In this document: in pieces, positions 18,580-27,787 of the stretch | How the letters are laid out: each line of letters begins with the position of its first letter | Position numbering within the stretch: position 1 is the stretch's first letter | From: Escherichia phage JS10 | Sequence record: EU863409 | Length of the DNA stretch: 64,000 nucleotides | Reading direction: 5' to 3' (one strand) | Program-made: the position numbers and the translations under genes | Notes under the pieces: model-generated | What the model was told of the DNA's origin: nothing | Databases searched by the model: none | The model's input: the letters and a program-made list of their open reading frames with translations, nothing else

Positions 18580-20664
18580 TTACCCTTGGATGAATTTTTC
18601 TGGTATGTCATAGAGGTCTATGCATGAAGCCAAAAGAGGCAGTACGTCAAACCGTGTAGATTTAACAAATGAATCAAAAGATACAGGGCTTTCGGAAGTA
18701 TCGAAGTCATCTTGGTATACGACCAACTCACCGGTTTCCATTAGTACGTCACCATCATACACTACAGATTCTTGAAGCTCATCCGTCGTCATAACTTCGG
18801 CTTGAACGAGTTTTGTATTACTAGATGTCGTTCCGTCATTATTAGAGGCATCAGTTATTTTATTAACTTTGACCATCAATCCGCGTGGTAGAATAACTTC
18901 AGCTTCTGTTGCTATTCCAAGACTTCCTGGATATACCGCATTAACTTTATGGGCTCCATCAATTGCCCATCCTATTTGAACTTTAACGTAATCAGGGTTT
19001 TCTTTATACGCTCTTATTTCATTAGGATTAATGGTTATTCCTTCTTCATTTTTATCGACTGTCAATTCGTTGCGAACTTCCGGTTCTAAAAGACCAACCC
19101 CGGCATGTGTAACACCAAAACGTCCAAAAATGATAGGAGTCAGTGAAGTAGATACAAAATTTCTAAAATAAAATACCTTATTTTTAACTAGTGCTTCGTA
19201 TATAGGAGCGGTCATACTCTGTGCACGATAAACTGTAATGCCTTCTGGTATACGGTCACCATTTTCAAAAGCTGAATCAAGATTATTAACAGCAGATTCA
19301 ATAGACCTTTCATTCATTACATCATAGTTCTGAGGATTATAACGTCCTAAAAGAAGATTATTGATGTCGGTATAACCTGAGCCGCAGTATTCTCTGATGC
19401 CGCGCTTTTGTGATGGGGTGTATTTAGAACCATCACGAGCGATAGTAATATCGACCATAATACCACCACCTACACCGGCAAAACTATAAATGCGTTTTTT
19501 AATGAACTTGGTCTTGGCCGCTTTCCACTTGGACTCGGTTAATTCATTCCAGACGTCGTCAGGTTGACCTTTACGAGTTTTGTTATGCATAGCCAGCCAT
19601 TCGCCTTTATATTCTTCAAAAACCGTATTAATAACAGAGGCATATTTTTCTAGAGCTTTAACAGATGTCAAAGGTTCGTTTTTGATGGCTGTAAGAATTT
19701 TATCTTTAATTTTCTCTTGGATTTCACCTATACCGTGAAGAGGAAACATTTTATATTCGTAATGCAATTCTTCAGCAGTGCCTTCAGCTACTATATTAGC
19801 AACTTTATTTTTAGCCGCAGGAGAATTGTTATTAGTGACCATTTCCTGTGCCTCAGGGATTAATGGAGCTGTTGCAGGTTTATTAAAATCTGCTGCAGTA
19901 GCTTCATATTTCTTAAACAGTTCACTTTCATTACGATAAGATTCTAAAGACTGACTTGCTGCAATAGCGCGACGAGAAATCTTAGTCTTGGTTATAACCA
20001 TTTTATCAGTGCGACGTTCTTCAACTTTAGCAATACTGCCGGCAATAGCAGTTTCTTTAGTAACCTGCACACCTTCTTTTTTAGAAATATAAACTTCACC
20101 AACATCAGAATCTACCTTAGTATACAATTCGGCATTAATTCCTGGCATACCTTTGATATCTTCAATATCAGCTTGTTTACGAACTACTAGGATATAAGTA
20201 TGTTTACCGGTAAATTGGTACATAGCCGGAACTACTTTGAAGCGTCCACCAGTTTTTTGAGTTACCAGACGTTGGATAATCCGTTGGACAATAGGCCCTT
20301 GCCCTTTCATTTTCTTGGTTGGAAAACGGAACATCACAGCATCCATACGAAGCTTTTTAACTTGTTCGAATACTACGTCGAAAATGGTATTAATAGCATC
20401 AATAGGAGTAGGGCCTAAGCCGCCTTTAAGTTCGGCTGGAGAACCTTTAGCCGAAAGGCTCATAAGGATAACGTGGGCGTATTTATCACCTAATTTAACC
20501 TGTTTAATAGCATCGCCTTCAGAGGCATAAGATACCATACGAGCAACTAATTGGGATTCGACATCACCAATCTTCCAAATCTGGGGTACTTTAAGTTTCG
20601 GGTTTAAGTTTACAGTAGGCAGCGTGCCTTCAGACTCAAACACTTCATTTAATTGTTCGGTCAT
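18580..20664 (-). CDS. Alt-type ADP-ribosyltransferase, paralog 2
   Basis: 694 aa; N-terminal ~230 aa close to paralog 1; C-terminal YRAQ / FVSTSL / EAEVILPRG motifs intact. Confidence 0.85.
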   Translation of the reverse strand: MTEQLNEVFESEGTLPTVNLNPKLKVPQIWKIGDVESQLVARMVSYASEGDAIKQVKLGDKYAHVILMSLSAKGSPAELKGGLGPTPIDAINTIFDVVFEQVKKLRMDAVMFRFPTKKMKGQGPIVQRIIQRLVTQKTGGRFKVVPAMYQFTGKHTYILVVRKQADIEDIKGMPGINAELYTKVDSDVGEVYISKKEGVQVTKETAIAGSIAKVEERRTDKMVITKTKISRRAIAASQSLESYRNESELFKKYEATAADFNKPATAPLIPEAQEMVTNNNSPAAKNKVANIVAEGTAEELHYEYKMFPLHGIGEIQEKIKDKILTAIKNEPLTSVKALEKYASVINTVFEEYKGEWLAMHNKTRKGQPDDVWNELTESKWKAAKTKFIKKRIYSFAGVGGGIMVDITIARDGSKYTPSQKRGIREYCGSGYTDINNLLLGRYNPQNYDVMNERSIESAVNNLDSAFENGDRIPEGITVYRAQSMTAPIYEALVKNKVFYFRNFVSTSLTPIIFGRFGVTHAGVGLLEPEVRNELTVDKNEEGITINPNEIRAYKENPDYVKVQIGWAIDGAHKVNAVYPGSLGIATEAEVILPRGLMVKVNKITDASNNDGTTSSNTKLVQAEVMTTDELQESVVYDGDVLMETGELVVYQDDFDTSESPVSFDSFVKSTRFDVLPLLASCIDLYDIPEKFIQG

Positions 20665-20694
20665 AATAATTCCTCTTTAATAACCGTATTTATG

Positions 20695-20720
20695 CCATAA
20701 AAGGCCCGAAGGCCTTAAAG
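20695..20720 (-). terminator. Hairpin terminator (- strand) upstream of the alt paralogs
   Basis: aaggcc-cgaa-ggcctt followed by a T-run on the - strand. Confidence 0.4.
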
Positions 20721-20927
20721 TGGTAGCAACGTACGATATACTTCGAATGTCGGGCCTTTTTCATACCGGTCAAAAGTATCTTTGAAATCAGCAAAAGCTA
20801 TTTCATCCTCAAACTCGAGGATGATTTGAGAGGCCGCGGTGGTGTTTGTATTTGTTACAACAATTGTTTCTAAATAAGCTTTCATATTATAGTCCAGTTT
20901 GAGACCAATCACCAAATACATCTTCAA
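20715..20927 (-). CDS. hypothetical small protein
   Basis: 70 aa ORF between ligase and alt; 5' end overlaps the ligase 3' end by about 40 nt. Confidence 0.35.
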   Translation of the reverse strand: MKMYLVIGLKLDYNMKAYLETIVVTNTNTTAASQIILEFEDEIAFADFKDTFDRYEKGPTFEVYRTLLPL

Positions 20928-22410
20928 ATGTATCAGCTTCTGTTTTATCGAAACGCCAACCTTTAATAATTGGAAGGAAAATACCTACAGTATCAGTACG
21001 TCCTTTAGAATGAACCCAACCATTACATTCACAGTCAGCAATACGTCCAATCAACTTACCTTCACGGGCTTGTTTCATAAGAAGTTCACGGTCTAAATCA
21101 GGACGGTCTTCTAATGGAATCAATACCTTTTTACCTGATTTATCTTTCTTATGGGTAGTATCTTTAAAACCTGAACCACAGTCAGATGTAATTCGACGAC
21201 ACCGCGATACCAGCTCGACACCACCAAGTTTGTTTGGGTCTTTAGAGTGTTCATAATAACCTACCACTTCTAAAGCGATATCGATTACTTCTTTGAACTT
21301 GATAAGATTCTTAGAACGGCGGTTTTCCCAGTAGGAGTCCATGTTCTTAAGGATAATACCTTCCAGGCCTTGGTCGACATATTTCTTATAAACAACTTTA
21401 GCTTCGTCAAGATTATTAACCCATTGGTTTTCGATAGCTTCAACACGCGTTGTACCATGCAATACGACATTATGAGCAACCATAAGTTCTAAGGCTGCAA
21501 AGCGTACATCATACTTATCGCCTTTAATTTTACCTTCGGAATATACGACATCCAATGGGACATAATCCCACGCCTGTAATACCATACCTGCTGCTTCGGT
21601 TGGAGTAATAGTTCCTTGAAGAGCCTTGTTAGCCAACCCGTTTGAAGTAGAACGATCGGCTACGGTTTGGAATTCCTTGGCTTTACTTAATTCAGGAAGT
21701 TCCTCATCAAACATACTAAACAAATCATTAGACGCTTTAGGTTCTACTTTAGGAGTGTGGTAAACTAATTCACCGTCAATCATAACACCATTAGGATGGC
21801 GCTGTCGAGCTTCTTCAGTCATGGCCATTAATTCAGCCGCCAAAAGATTAAGCCCTTGGTATTCATTACCACCGCGAGTAAGGAATGTTACGCCATCGTT
21901 ACGAACTTCAGCAAAACAACGAGCACCGTCAGCTTTTAATTGGGCGAACGCAGGCCATTTAATATTTTTCTTAATCAAATCTTCATCATAAGAACTAGCC
22001 AACATTTGAGGTTGTTCAGGGATTAAACCTTTCCAAACCTTGTTAGCAATAGAAATCGATGCACCACATTCAAGGTCACGCATCATTACGCGACGTAATA
22101 CCTCAGCGTCAGGACCCTTAGCATCGGCAATAATTTGGGCAAGCTCTTCAATAGCAGCATTACCCGTAATCTTACGGGTGGCTAATGTGAACTCGGCGAA
22201 ATCAAGAAGGTCTTCAAGAGTAATCATACCAAAGGATTGAGACGTAAATCCAGGTTCAGGCCACTTTTTAATACCGTAGTTTAAACGACGGGTATAAGCC
22301 ATACGATATACACGTTTCAGAAGCTCGTTATCCTTTTCACGAGCAATAATAGCTTCTTTAGATTTAGTAGAATCAATAGAAGCAATTTCGTTTAAAATAT
22401 CTAAAATCAT
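20887..22410 (-). CDS. 30: ATP-dependent DNA ligase gp30
   Basis: 507 aa; MILDILNEIASIDSTK..., active-site region FAQLKADGARCFAEV matches T4 DNA ligase. Confidence 0.9.
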   Translation of the reverse strand: MILDILNEIASIDSTKSKEAIIAREKDNELLKRVYRMAYTRRLNYGIKKWPEPGFTSQSFGMITLEDLLDFAEFTLATRKITGNAAIEELAQIIADAKGPDAEVLRRVMMRDLECGASISIANKVWKGLIPEQPQMLASSYDEDLIKKNIKWPAFAQLKADGARCFAEVRNDGVTFLTRGGNEYQGLNLLAAELMAMTEEARQRHPNGVMIDGELVYHTPKVEPKASNDLFSMFDEELPELSKAKEFQTVADRSTSNGLANKALQGTITPTEAAGMVLQAWDYVPLDVVYSEGKIKGDKYDVRFAALELMVAHNVVLHGTTRVEAIENQWVNNLDEAKVVYKKYVDQGLEGIILKNMDSYWENRRSKNLIKFKEVIDIALEVVGYYEHSKDPNKLGGVELVSRCRRITSDCGSGFKDTTHKKDKSGKKVLIPLEDRPDLDRELLMKQAREGKLIGRIADCECNGWVHSKGRTDTVGIFLPIIKGWRFDKTEADTFEDVFGDWSQTGL

Positions 22411-22670
22411 TTTACCGTCCTTACAGTTTGTGTACTTCTATTATAAGCTACTTCATCTAAAAGCTCATTTAAAGTTTTGTGATACGATATAATACGCTTA
22501 TCTTTAATATCATATTCAGTAACATACATAAATCCACGCCGAACACATTGGATAAAGATATCTTCATCTTTGGCTTGGAAATATACAGGATTCAATCGAA
22601 GGAATTGTCTAAAGTTTCCATAATCATGGGATTTAGGGATTCCATCAGTAATAGTATGAACAACAAACAT
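22407..22670 (-). CDS. hypothetical protein (30.1-position)
   Basis: Start taken at internal Met (MFVVHTITDG) abutting the upstream stop; track ORF is 22407-22703. Confidence 0.4.
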   Translation of the reverse strand: MFVVHTITDGIPKSHDYGNFRQFLRLNPVYFQAKDEDIFIQCVRRGFMYVTEYDIKDKRIISYHKTLNELLDEVAYNRSTQTVRTVK

Positions 22671-22671
22671 A

Positions 22672-23310
22672 TTAACCTCGTGCAATCCATTCAACGGCTG
22701 CATTATTACGAAGGGATTCGATTGCTGCGATATCGTCCCATGAATTAACCTTTACGGCTAAATTAGGTTTAAAGTCGCGTTCACCACGGGCTAACCAATA
22801 AACTTGGATATCCATGAGAATATTAGATGCAGCATCACAGTGGTGAGCCAAATCGTCAACATAAAACTTAATGCGTTTGCCGTACGTATTTTTAGCTCTT
22901 ATGAACAGGTCTTCTTTTGATTCTGAATGACCACACATCAGAATCTCCTTGAATGCGCCAGGGAACAAAGCATTCAAATTGAATTGTCTATTCAGCAGAG
23001 CATCAATTGAGTCGCCTAGCGCAGTCACGGCCACAAAATCGAAGTCTTTTTTGAGCTTGTTGATGTGTTTTAATGCGTCCATGTAAGGGGACAGATAACG
23101 AATAAAATCCGACTGATTATATTTCTCAATTAAACGTGCGCCTAATTCGTCGTCACAATTAAACAGTTCGCCTGGAGATAAGAAACGTTCGTCCTGAATC
23201 ATATTCAAAATATGTTCTAAAGGCAAATTATATTTCTGTGCGAAATAAGGCAAGCCGGACTGCCAACTTAAACATACTCCATCGATATCTGTTAAGATAA
23301 CTGGTTTCAT
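22672..23310 (-). CDS. HAD-superfamily hydrolase-like protein
   Basis: 212 aa; N-terminal ILTDIDGV (HAD motif I) and later FYVDD. Confidence 0.55.
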   Translation of the reverse strand: MKPVILTDIDGVCLSWQSGLPYFAQKYNLPLEHILNMIQDERFLSPGELFNCDDELGARLIEKYNQSDFIRYLSPYMDALKHINKLKKDFDFVAVTALGDSIDALLNRQFNLNALFPGAFKEILMCGHSESKEDLFIRAKNTYGKRIKFYVDDLAHHCDAASNILMDIQVYWLARGERDFKPNLAVKVNSWDDIAAIESLRNNAAVEWIARG

Positions 23311-23774
23311 AATAAATCTCTCAATTTGTTTAGGATGTCGATAAACTCTTTTTCAGTTAGTATTGTATCACATTCTTTGAGGTGGCTTGCCATTGAATGC
23401 TTTAAAACCTTACCTTTAGTGGCTTGTAAAGCTTCTCGGAATCCTTTGTTCTGGAGCGCTGCTTCAAAATACGCACTTTCGTAAAGCTCTTTCCACGCTT
23501 CGGAATATCTTGAAAACGGGGTTCCAAGCCAGAACAACGTGCCACGGTCCTGAGCTCTAGCATAAGCTCGTCCAGCTTTTTGCGCGTCTAACCCGGACAT
23601 CCTAAATATACGTCTTTGTTGTTCAACATTTTTCACCTTACACCCTTGGAGGAATCCTTCGAGTCCACCAAATTGGATACCATCCATAACGAAAGGCCAT
23701 TTAGCAAAGTTACTTAATGCACATGATGGCCACGGAAAGTTACTTCTAATTTCTAACTCAGACATCTTTGACAC
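23307..23774 (-). CDS. NADAR / YbiA-like domain protein
   Basis: 155 aa; LSNFAKWPFVMDGIQFGGLEGFLQGCK parallels the YbiA-family SNFxxWP...DG...E..FQ core. Confidence 0.55.
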   Translation of the reverse strand: MSKMSELEIRSNFPWPSCALSNFAKWPFVMDGIQFGGLEGFLQGCKVKNVEQQRRIFRMSGLDAQKAGRAYARAQDRGTLFWLGTPFSRYSEAWKELYESAYFEAALQNKGFREALQATKGKVLKHSMASHLKECDTILTEKEFIDILNKLRDLL

Positions 23775-23973
23775 TTATAATTTCAACATCGGCCCAATAA
23801 CCATAACCCGGCAGTCGGTCTTCAATGGATAAACCACCGTCATGTTTAGGCATTTTAATTGTCATGATATAAGGTTCTAAATGGTCCGCCGTATGAGGAG
23901 AAACATCAGTCACACGATAAGTCACTTCAACCATTTCCGTACCTAACAATTTCTGAATCAGTTTCTTAACCAT
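23758..23973 (-). CDS. hypothetical protein
   Basis: 71 aa ORF in the early gene array. Confidence 0.4.
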   Translation of the reverse strand: MVKKLIQKLLGTEMVEVTYRVTDVSPHTADHLEPYIMTIKMPKHDGGLSIEDRLPGYGYWADVEIISVKDV

Positions 23974-23974
23974 A

Positions 23975-24169
23975 TTATCCTCGCTTCAAACATTTGATTA
24001 CAGACAATTCAGAACCCATGCGCACGTCTTCAGTGCCATCGACCCATAGGACCGTGTAGGCTTCTTTAATAGTAGCATTACCCAATTTAAAAGCAGGTAA
24101 AACCTTTGAAATCATACCAGGAATACCAACGCCTTTTAACTGAACGGTTTGTGATAAGAATAGTTGCAT
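23975..24169 (-). CDS. hypothetical protein
   Basis: 64 aa ORF in the early gene array. Confidence 0.4.
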   Translation of the reverse strand: MQLFLSQTVQLKGVGIPGMISKVLPAFKLGNATIKEAYTVLWVDGTEDVRMGSELSVIKCLKRG

Positions 24170-24456
24170 TAGAACCTCATCTGAAATCCATGTGATTTAA
24201 CATTACCGCCGTAGATGTCAGAAGTATTGACTTCGCGGGCAGCGCTAGGGTCGATGTTAATATCATGGTTGAGCTTAGTGATTGCTAGGGTGTCACGACC
24301 ATTGACTGTACGGAATTCTACTGGACAAACCACATCAGCATAGGCCTTAATGGATTCACGAGTAGGCTGTTTGTCAGCAGGAACATCTTTACCTGCCTTA
24401 GAGAAAACAACTTCACAGAAATTTTTACGAGTATCGAAATAAGTGGTCATAAACAT
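24169..24456 (-). CDS. hypothetical protein
   Basis: 95 aa ORF, first gene behind an early promoter cassette. Confidence 0.5.
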   Translation of the reverse strand: MFMTTYFDTRKNFCEVVFSKAGKDVPADKQPTRESIKAYADVVCPVEFRTVNGRDTLAITKLNHDINIDPSAAREVNTSDIYGGNVKSHGFQMRF

Positions 24457-24469
24457 AATATTTTTTCCT

Positions 24470-24518
24470 CATCAGTTGATAGGTCTATAGTATCATGCCT
24501 ACTGGAGATGTATACCCT
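24470..24518 (-). promoter_or_regulatory. Early promoter cassette (GTATAC-N17-TACTAT plus conserved leader)
   Basis: Conserved motif ttgataggtctatagtatcatg...gtatac read on the - strand; RBS GAGGAAAA follows. Confidence 0.5.
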
Positions 24519-24540
24519 TTTTTAAAGATTTAGAAACAAA

Positions 24541-24563
24541 AATGGGACTCCGAAGAGTCCCAT
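24541..24563 (-). terminator. Rho-independent terminator (- strand)
   Basis: gggactc-cgaa-gagtccc hairpin followed by a T-run on the - strand. Confidence 0.55.
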
Positions 24564-24566
24564 AAC

Positions 24567-24728
24567 TTATGCAATAACTTTACCGAAGCAAGCAGCATCT
24601 GCACGCAATACTGCACGAGCACGAGCTTGAAGCTTATCAACTACCTGATTGATACGCTTGTTAGACGCACGCTTGTAACCAGCGCGTTTAGAGGTTCCGT
24701 CAACTACTTTAACTTCTTTCTTAGCCAT
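24567..24728 (-). CDS. possible small basic protein (about 53 aa)
   Basis: ORF MAKKEVKVVDGTSKRAGYKRASNKR... ending just before the terminator; no strong RBS. Confidence 0.3.
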   Translation of the reverse strand: MAKKEVKVVDGTSKRAGYKRASNKRINQVVDKLQARARAVLRADAACFGKVIA

Positions 24729-25027
24729 TTTTTAAATCTCTTAAATTAGGATGCAGGACTTATTGACATTGCCTGCGCAAGCCCTCAAGGGGAACATAGG
24801 TTTTAGATATTTAACGACAGGATAACCGTAAACCTCGTCATCATAGCTCTTATCTGTTGCACACCGTTAGCTTAAAGGTTCCGGGTTCGATTTCTCGAGG
24901 ATAAGATATATACTGATGGATATATAGGCCTTGAGGCGTACTCCCGATTGGCCATCACCTCGGGGTAGCATGCACTTGCCGCTATAAAATACCATTCAAG
25001 AGGTACACCGTAAAACTGCTGTGGTCT

Positions 25028-25056
25028 TAAAACTATAATGATTCGCAAATCATTAA
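25028..25056 (-). terminator. Hairpin terminator following rIII
   Basis: taatgatt-cgca-aatcatta stem-loop followed by a T-run on the - strand. Confidence 0.45.
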
Positions 25057-25082
25057 TCAGACAGTTCGACGGCTCCTCGATT

Positions 25083-25331
25083 TTACTTCAGGGTAATAAT
25101 AAAATGACGTACTGCTTTACGAGCTGCTGAAGCCAAAGGCTTAGCATATTTCAGTTCATCTTTTGCTTCCAGTTCAGCAGCCAGAGCGGCCTGAGCCGGA
25201 TTAAGATGTTTGAAATAACGCAGGATTTCCAGTGCTTCGGCTTCAACATCAATAGATGCGCCGTAGTTTTCGTGACCGTTGTTCCAAGCGTTGCGTTGCA
25301 GTTCAAGAGCGTGATTCAGATGTTTGTTCAT
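25083..25331 (-). CDS. rIII: rIII lysis-inhibition accessory protein
   Basis: Start taken at internal Met (MNKHLNHALELQRNAWNNGHENYG..., 82 aa); close match to T4 rIII as I recall it. Confidence 0.85.
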   Translation of the reverse strand: MNKHLNHALELQRNAWNNGHENYGASIDVEAEALEILRYFKHLNPAQAALAAELEAKDELKYAKPLASAARKAVRHFIITLK

Positions 25332-25469
25332 TTTAAATTCTCGATTCGAGATAAAGATTGGTGGACACGTTCTTCTGAATTTCACTTCCTTTCGGCAAGT
25401 CTCTCAGTTGTAGTCCACCGCTTAGGATTCTCCGGTTAACTAACTAGTCCGGCAGCCAATCCATATTAT

Positions 25470-25477
25470 TATTTATA
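25470..25477 (-). promoter_or_regulatory. Late-promoter-like TATAAATA (- strand) upstream of rIII
   Basis: Forward tatttata at the 3' end of gene 31. Confidence 0.3.
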
Positions 25478-25801
25478 TCACTTATAAAGACACGGAATAG
25501 CTTTATAGTGACAGGTAACGAATTTCTGTTTAATTTCTTTAGGCTGTTTAATACCTAATGCAACTAAAGGATGTGGCACGTTAGCAATCTTACCAACAGG
25601 AAGTGGAGTCAAATCACCTACTTCACAAAAACCTTCAGGGACATCGGGTCCTACAGAATAAATTTCACAAAGTTCAGGGATTTCACCTTGATGAAGTTTG
25701 CCAATAACGATACCAGATGCAGTAGTTTCTTCATCACCAGCTTGTTTTGGTTCGGAAACGAGAATAACATATTCTCCGACCGCTTTAATAGGAAGTTCCA
25801 T
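25478..25801 (-). CDS. 31: gp31 co-chaperonin (GroES-like)
   Basis: 107 aa; ...[18 protein letters not shown]...[15 protein letters not shown]...[14 protein letters not shown] matches T4 gp31. Confidence 0.9.
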   Translation of the reverse strand: MELPIKAVGEYVILVSEPKQAGDEETTASGIVIGKLHQGEIPELCEIYSVGPDVPEGFCEVGDLTPLPVGKIANVPHPLVALGIKQPKEIKQKFVTCHYKAIPCLYK

Positions 25802-25859
25802 ATTTAATCCATGTTGTTTTGTTGATAGATTAATAATAACACGCTATTCTTAAAGCATA

Positions 25860-26126
25860 TTACAGGACAAGCAGAGTTTCAGTCTGAAGCCCATTAATAG
25901 AAATCAGTTTATCGAAACGGAACGAGCGCCAGTCATTAACCTTGGTATCAAATACACGAATATAATTAACCGGTTCTTTATTAGCTTCTGGGCCCGGTGC
26001 TTGAATTTCTTTATACGGGAGAAGGTCCAGGTCGCGAGTACATGTCATACGACGAACGCTACCATCCGCCTTTTCAAACAGAACTTCGTGAGTACCCCAC
26101 GGACAGAATAGTCTTAGCTTTTTCAC
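25860..26126 (-). CDS. hypothetical protein (31.1-position)
   Basis: 88 aa ORF. Confidence 0.5.
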   Translation of the reverse strand: MKKLRLFCPWGTHEVLFEKADGSVRRMTCTRDLDLLPYKEIQAPGPEANKEPVNYIRVFDTKVNDWRSFRFDKLISINGLQTETLLVL

Positions 26127-26162
26127 GGAGTCGAATAGTTTCTTGTTCAGTTAAAATCATAA

Positions 26163-26396
26163 TTATTCCAGAATAGTTTTAATAGTGGTTGCATTACGCT
26201 CTTTTAGAGCTCTTAATAGGCTATGGCAATTATCAAGAATAGGCACCGTTTTGTATTTCATGTTGGCATAAACCCACTCAGATTTATAGTACGATTTCCA
26301 TCGAGAGAAAAAGTACTTTTTGTATTCTACTGAATAGGCTACTAAGCTTTCACCTTTTGAATTCAGACCTGAAAACTTAACTAGACGAAATTTCAT
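26163..26396 (-). CDS. hypothetical protein (31.2-position)
   Basis: 77 aa ORF. Confidence 0.5.
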   Translation of the reverse strand: MKFRLVKFSGLNSKGESLVAYSVEYKKYFFSRWKSYYKSEWVYANMKYKTVPILDNCHSLLRALKERNATTIKTILE

Positions 26397-26941
26397 TATT
26401 CACCACAATAGTTTTGAATTGATTCCCAGTTCAGAGAACGGAGACCGGTACGGTTATACTGGATAACTTCGATGCCGGATTCACGGAGGATATCATCCCA
26501 CCCTTCAGGATTTCGGTCATAGAGTTCAGCATAAACCAGCGTTTTAATTCCGGACTGCGCAATAGACTTAGCACAATCTGCACATGGGGACAGTGTCACA
26601 TACATCGTAGCACCGTCAATAGAACTTCCTGTACGAGCTGCGAACAGGATAGCATTCAGTTCAGCATGGATTTCATTTTTGGATGACCATGCGGCATGAG
26701 CCATACGATGTTCTTTAAGAAGAATCGATTTATGGGACATTCGTGCCGTGTCATACACAACACGAGTCCAGTCCTGTTCCACTGCATGGTCACAACAGTT
26801 AACACCACCAGACGGAGAACCATTATACCCTGTAGAAATAATGCGACCATTCTTTTCAATAACCGCGCCCACTTTCCATGAACAACATTTTGATTCCTGA
26901 GAAATCAGATAGGCAATCTGAAGATATGTACTTGCTTTCAT
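26396..26941 (-). CDS. cd: dCMP deaminase
   Basis: 181 aa; zinc-binding HAELNAI...PCADCAK cytidine/dCMP deaminase motifs. Confidence 0.85.
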   Translation of the reverse strand: MKASTYLQIAYLISQESKCCSWKVGAVIEKNGRIISTGYNGSPSGGVNCCDHAVEQDWTRVVYDTARMSHKSILLKEHRMAHAAWSSKNEIHAELNAILFAARTGSSIDGATMYVTLSPCADCAKSIAQSGIKTLVYAELYDRNPEGWDDILRESGIEVIQYNRTGLRSLNWESIQNYCGE

Positions 26942-27171
26942 TCTACGAACACTCGCTGCGCTTCGACCAGACCATCAGAACCAAGTTTTAACTGGGTAAT
27001 CTGGCCGCCATTTTTAGGATTAACGATAACCAATACCGCACGTGGTGATTCCTGGATTACTCGCAGAGTCGCATCAGGAAAACGTACAGAAACCTTATTA
27101 ATCAGGGCCTGAGCAAATTCTTTAACTTTAACTTGAAACTGCTCTACAGTAATAGGTTGTTCGCTCAGCAT
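26938..27171 (-). CDS. hypothetical protein
   Basis: 77 aa ORF overlapping the cd start (ATGA). Confidence 0.45.
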   Translation of the reverse strand: MLSEQPITVEQFQVKVKEFAQALINKVSVRFPDATLRVIQESPRAVLVIVNPKNGGQITQLKLGSDGLVEAQRVFVE

Positions 27172-27725
27172 TAGATGGTCTCCAACTTAAGTTGTTTGGT
27201 AGTGGTAGCTTGGGTAACGTCGCCTTTAACAATATAACACACTTGGTGGAACGAACTGGTCAAAAGCTCTTCGGCTTGACGGTCGGCTTGTTCCTTTGTG
27301 TTATGGCGAGAATGAACTTCAATCTTACCATTTTTAATGATAAGCACTTTCCAATCCGCGGTGGCTTTTACCGGTTTAGGTCCACCATTTTCAGAAATAC
27401 TCACCGAGGCCAGTGGACGTACTACTTCAATAAAGTATTCGAATTCATGGCCAAAAAGGCCTGTTGAATTAAAAAGAACAGCATTTACATCATCAGGATT
27501 ACCTGTGATTTTGCTCGGGTCGACAAACATCATCTCGTCATATACACGAATTCGGCTTACACGTTCACGCCCATTATGGTAATCAATTTCAACTTCAAAC
27601 GGATTCATACCTACATACTTGGCAAAAGCTGTATTGAGGCCATAAGAGCCGTTATTAGTGAATTTGTTTTTAGTGTATTCGCTAATGAACTTATAAAACT
27701 TACGCTCTTCAAAGAACTTACCCAT
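27171..27725 (-). CDS. hypothetical protein
   Basis: Start taken at internal Met MGKFFEERKFY with GAGG RBS; track ORF is 27171-27836. Confidence 0.5.
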   Translation of the reverse strand: MGKFFEERKFYKFISEYTKNKFTNNGSYGLNTAFAKYVGMNPFEVEIDYHNGRERVSRIRVYDEMMFVDPSKITGNPDDVNAVLFNSTGLFGHEFEYFIEVVRPLASVSISENGGPKPVKATADWKVLIIKNGKIEVHSRHNTKEQADRQAEELLTSSFHQVCYIVKGDVTQATTTKQLKLETI

Positions 27726-27787
27726 TTCGATTTCCTCATTTGTTTCGGTAGGACTACTATACCACAGTCCTACCATGATGTAAACAC

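Noticed and set aside
24840-24915. tRNA-like segment with a 7 bp acceptor-like pairing and GGTTCGATT
   Set aside because: Only about 44 nt lie between the putative acceptor strands and no D or anticodon arm can be drawn; not a canonical tRNA on either strand.
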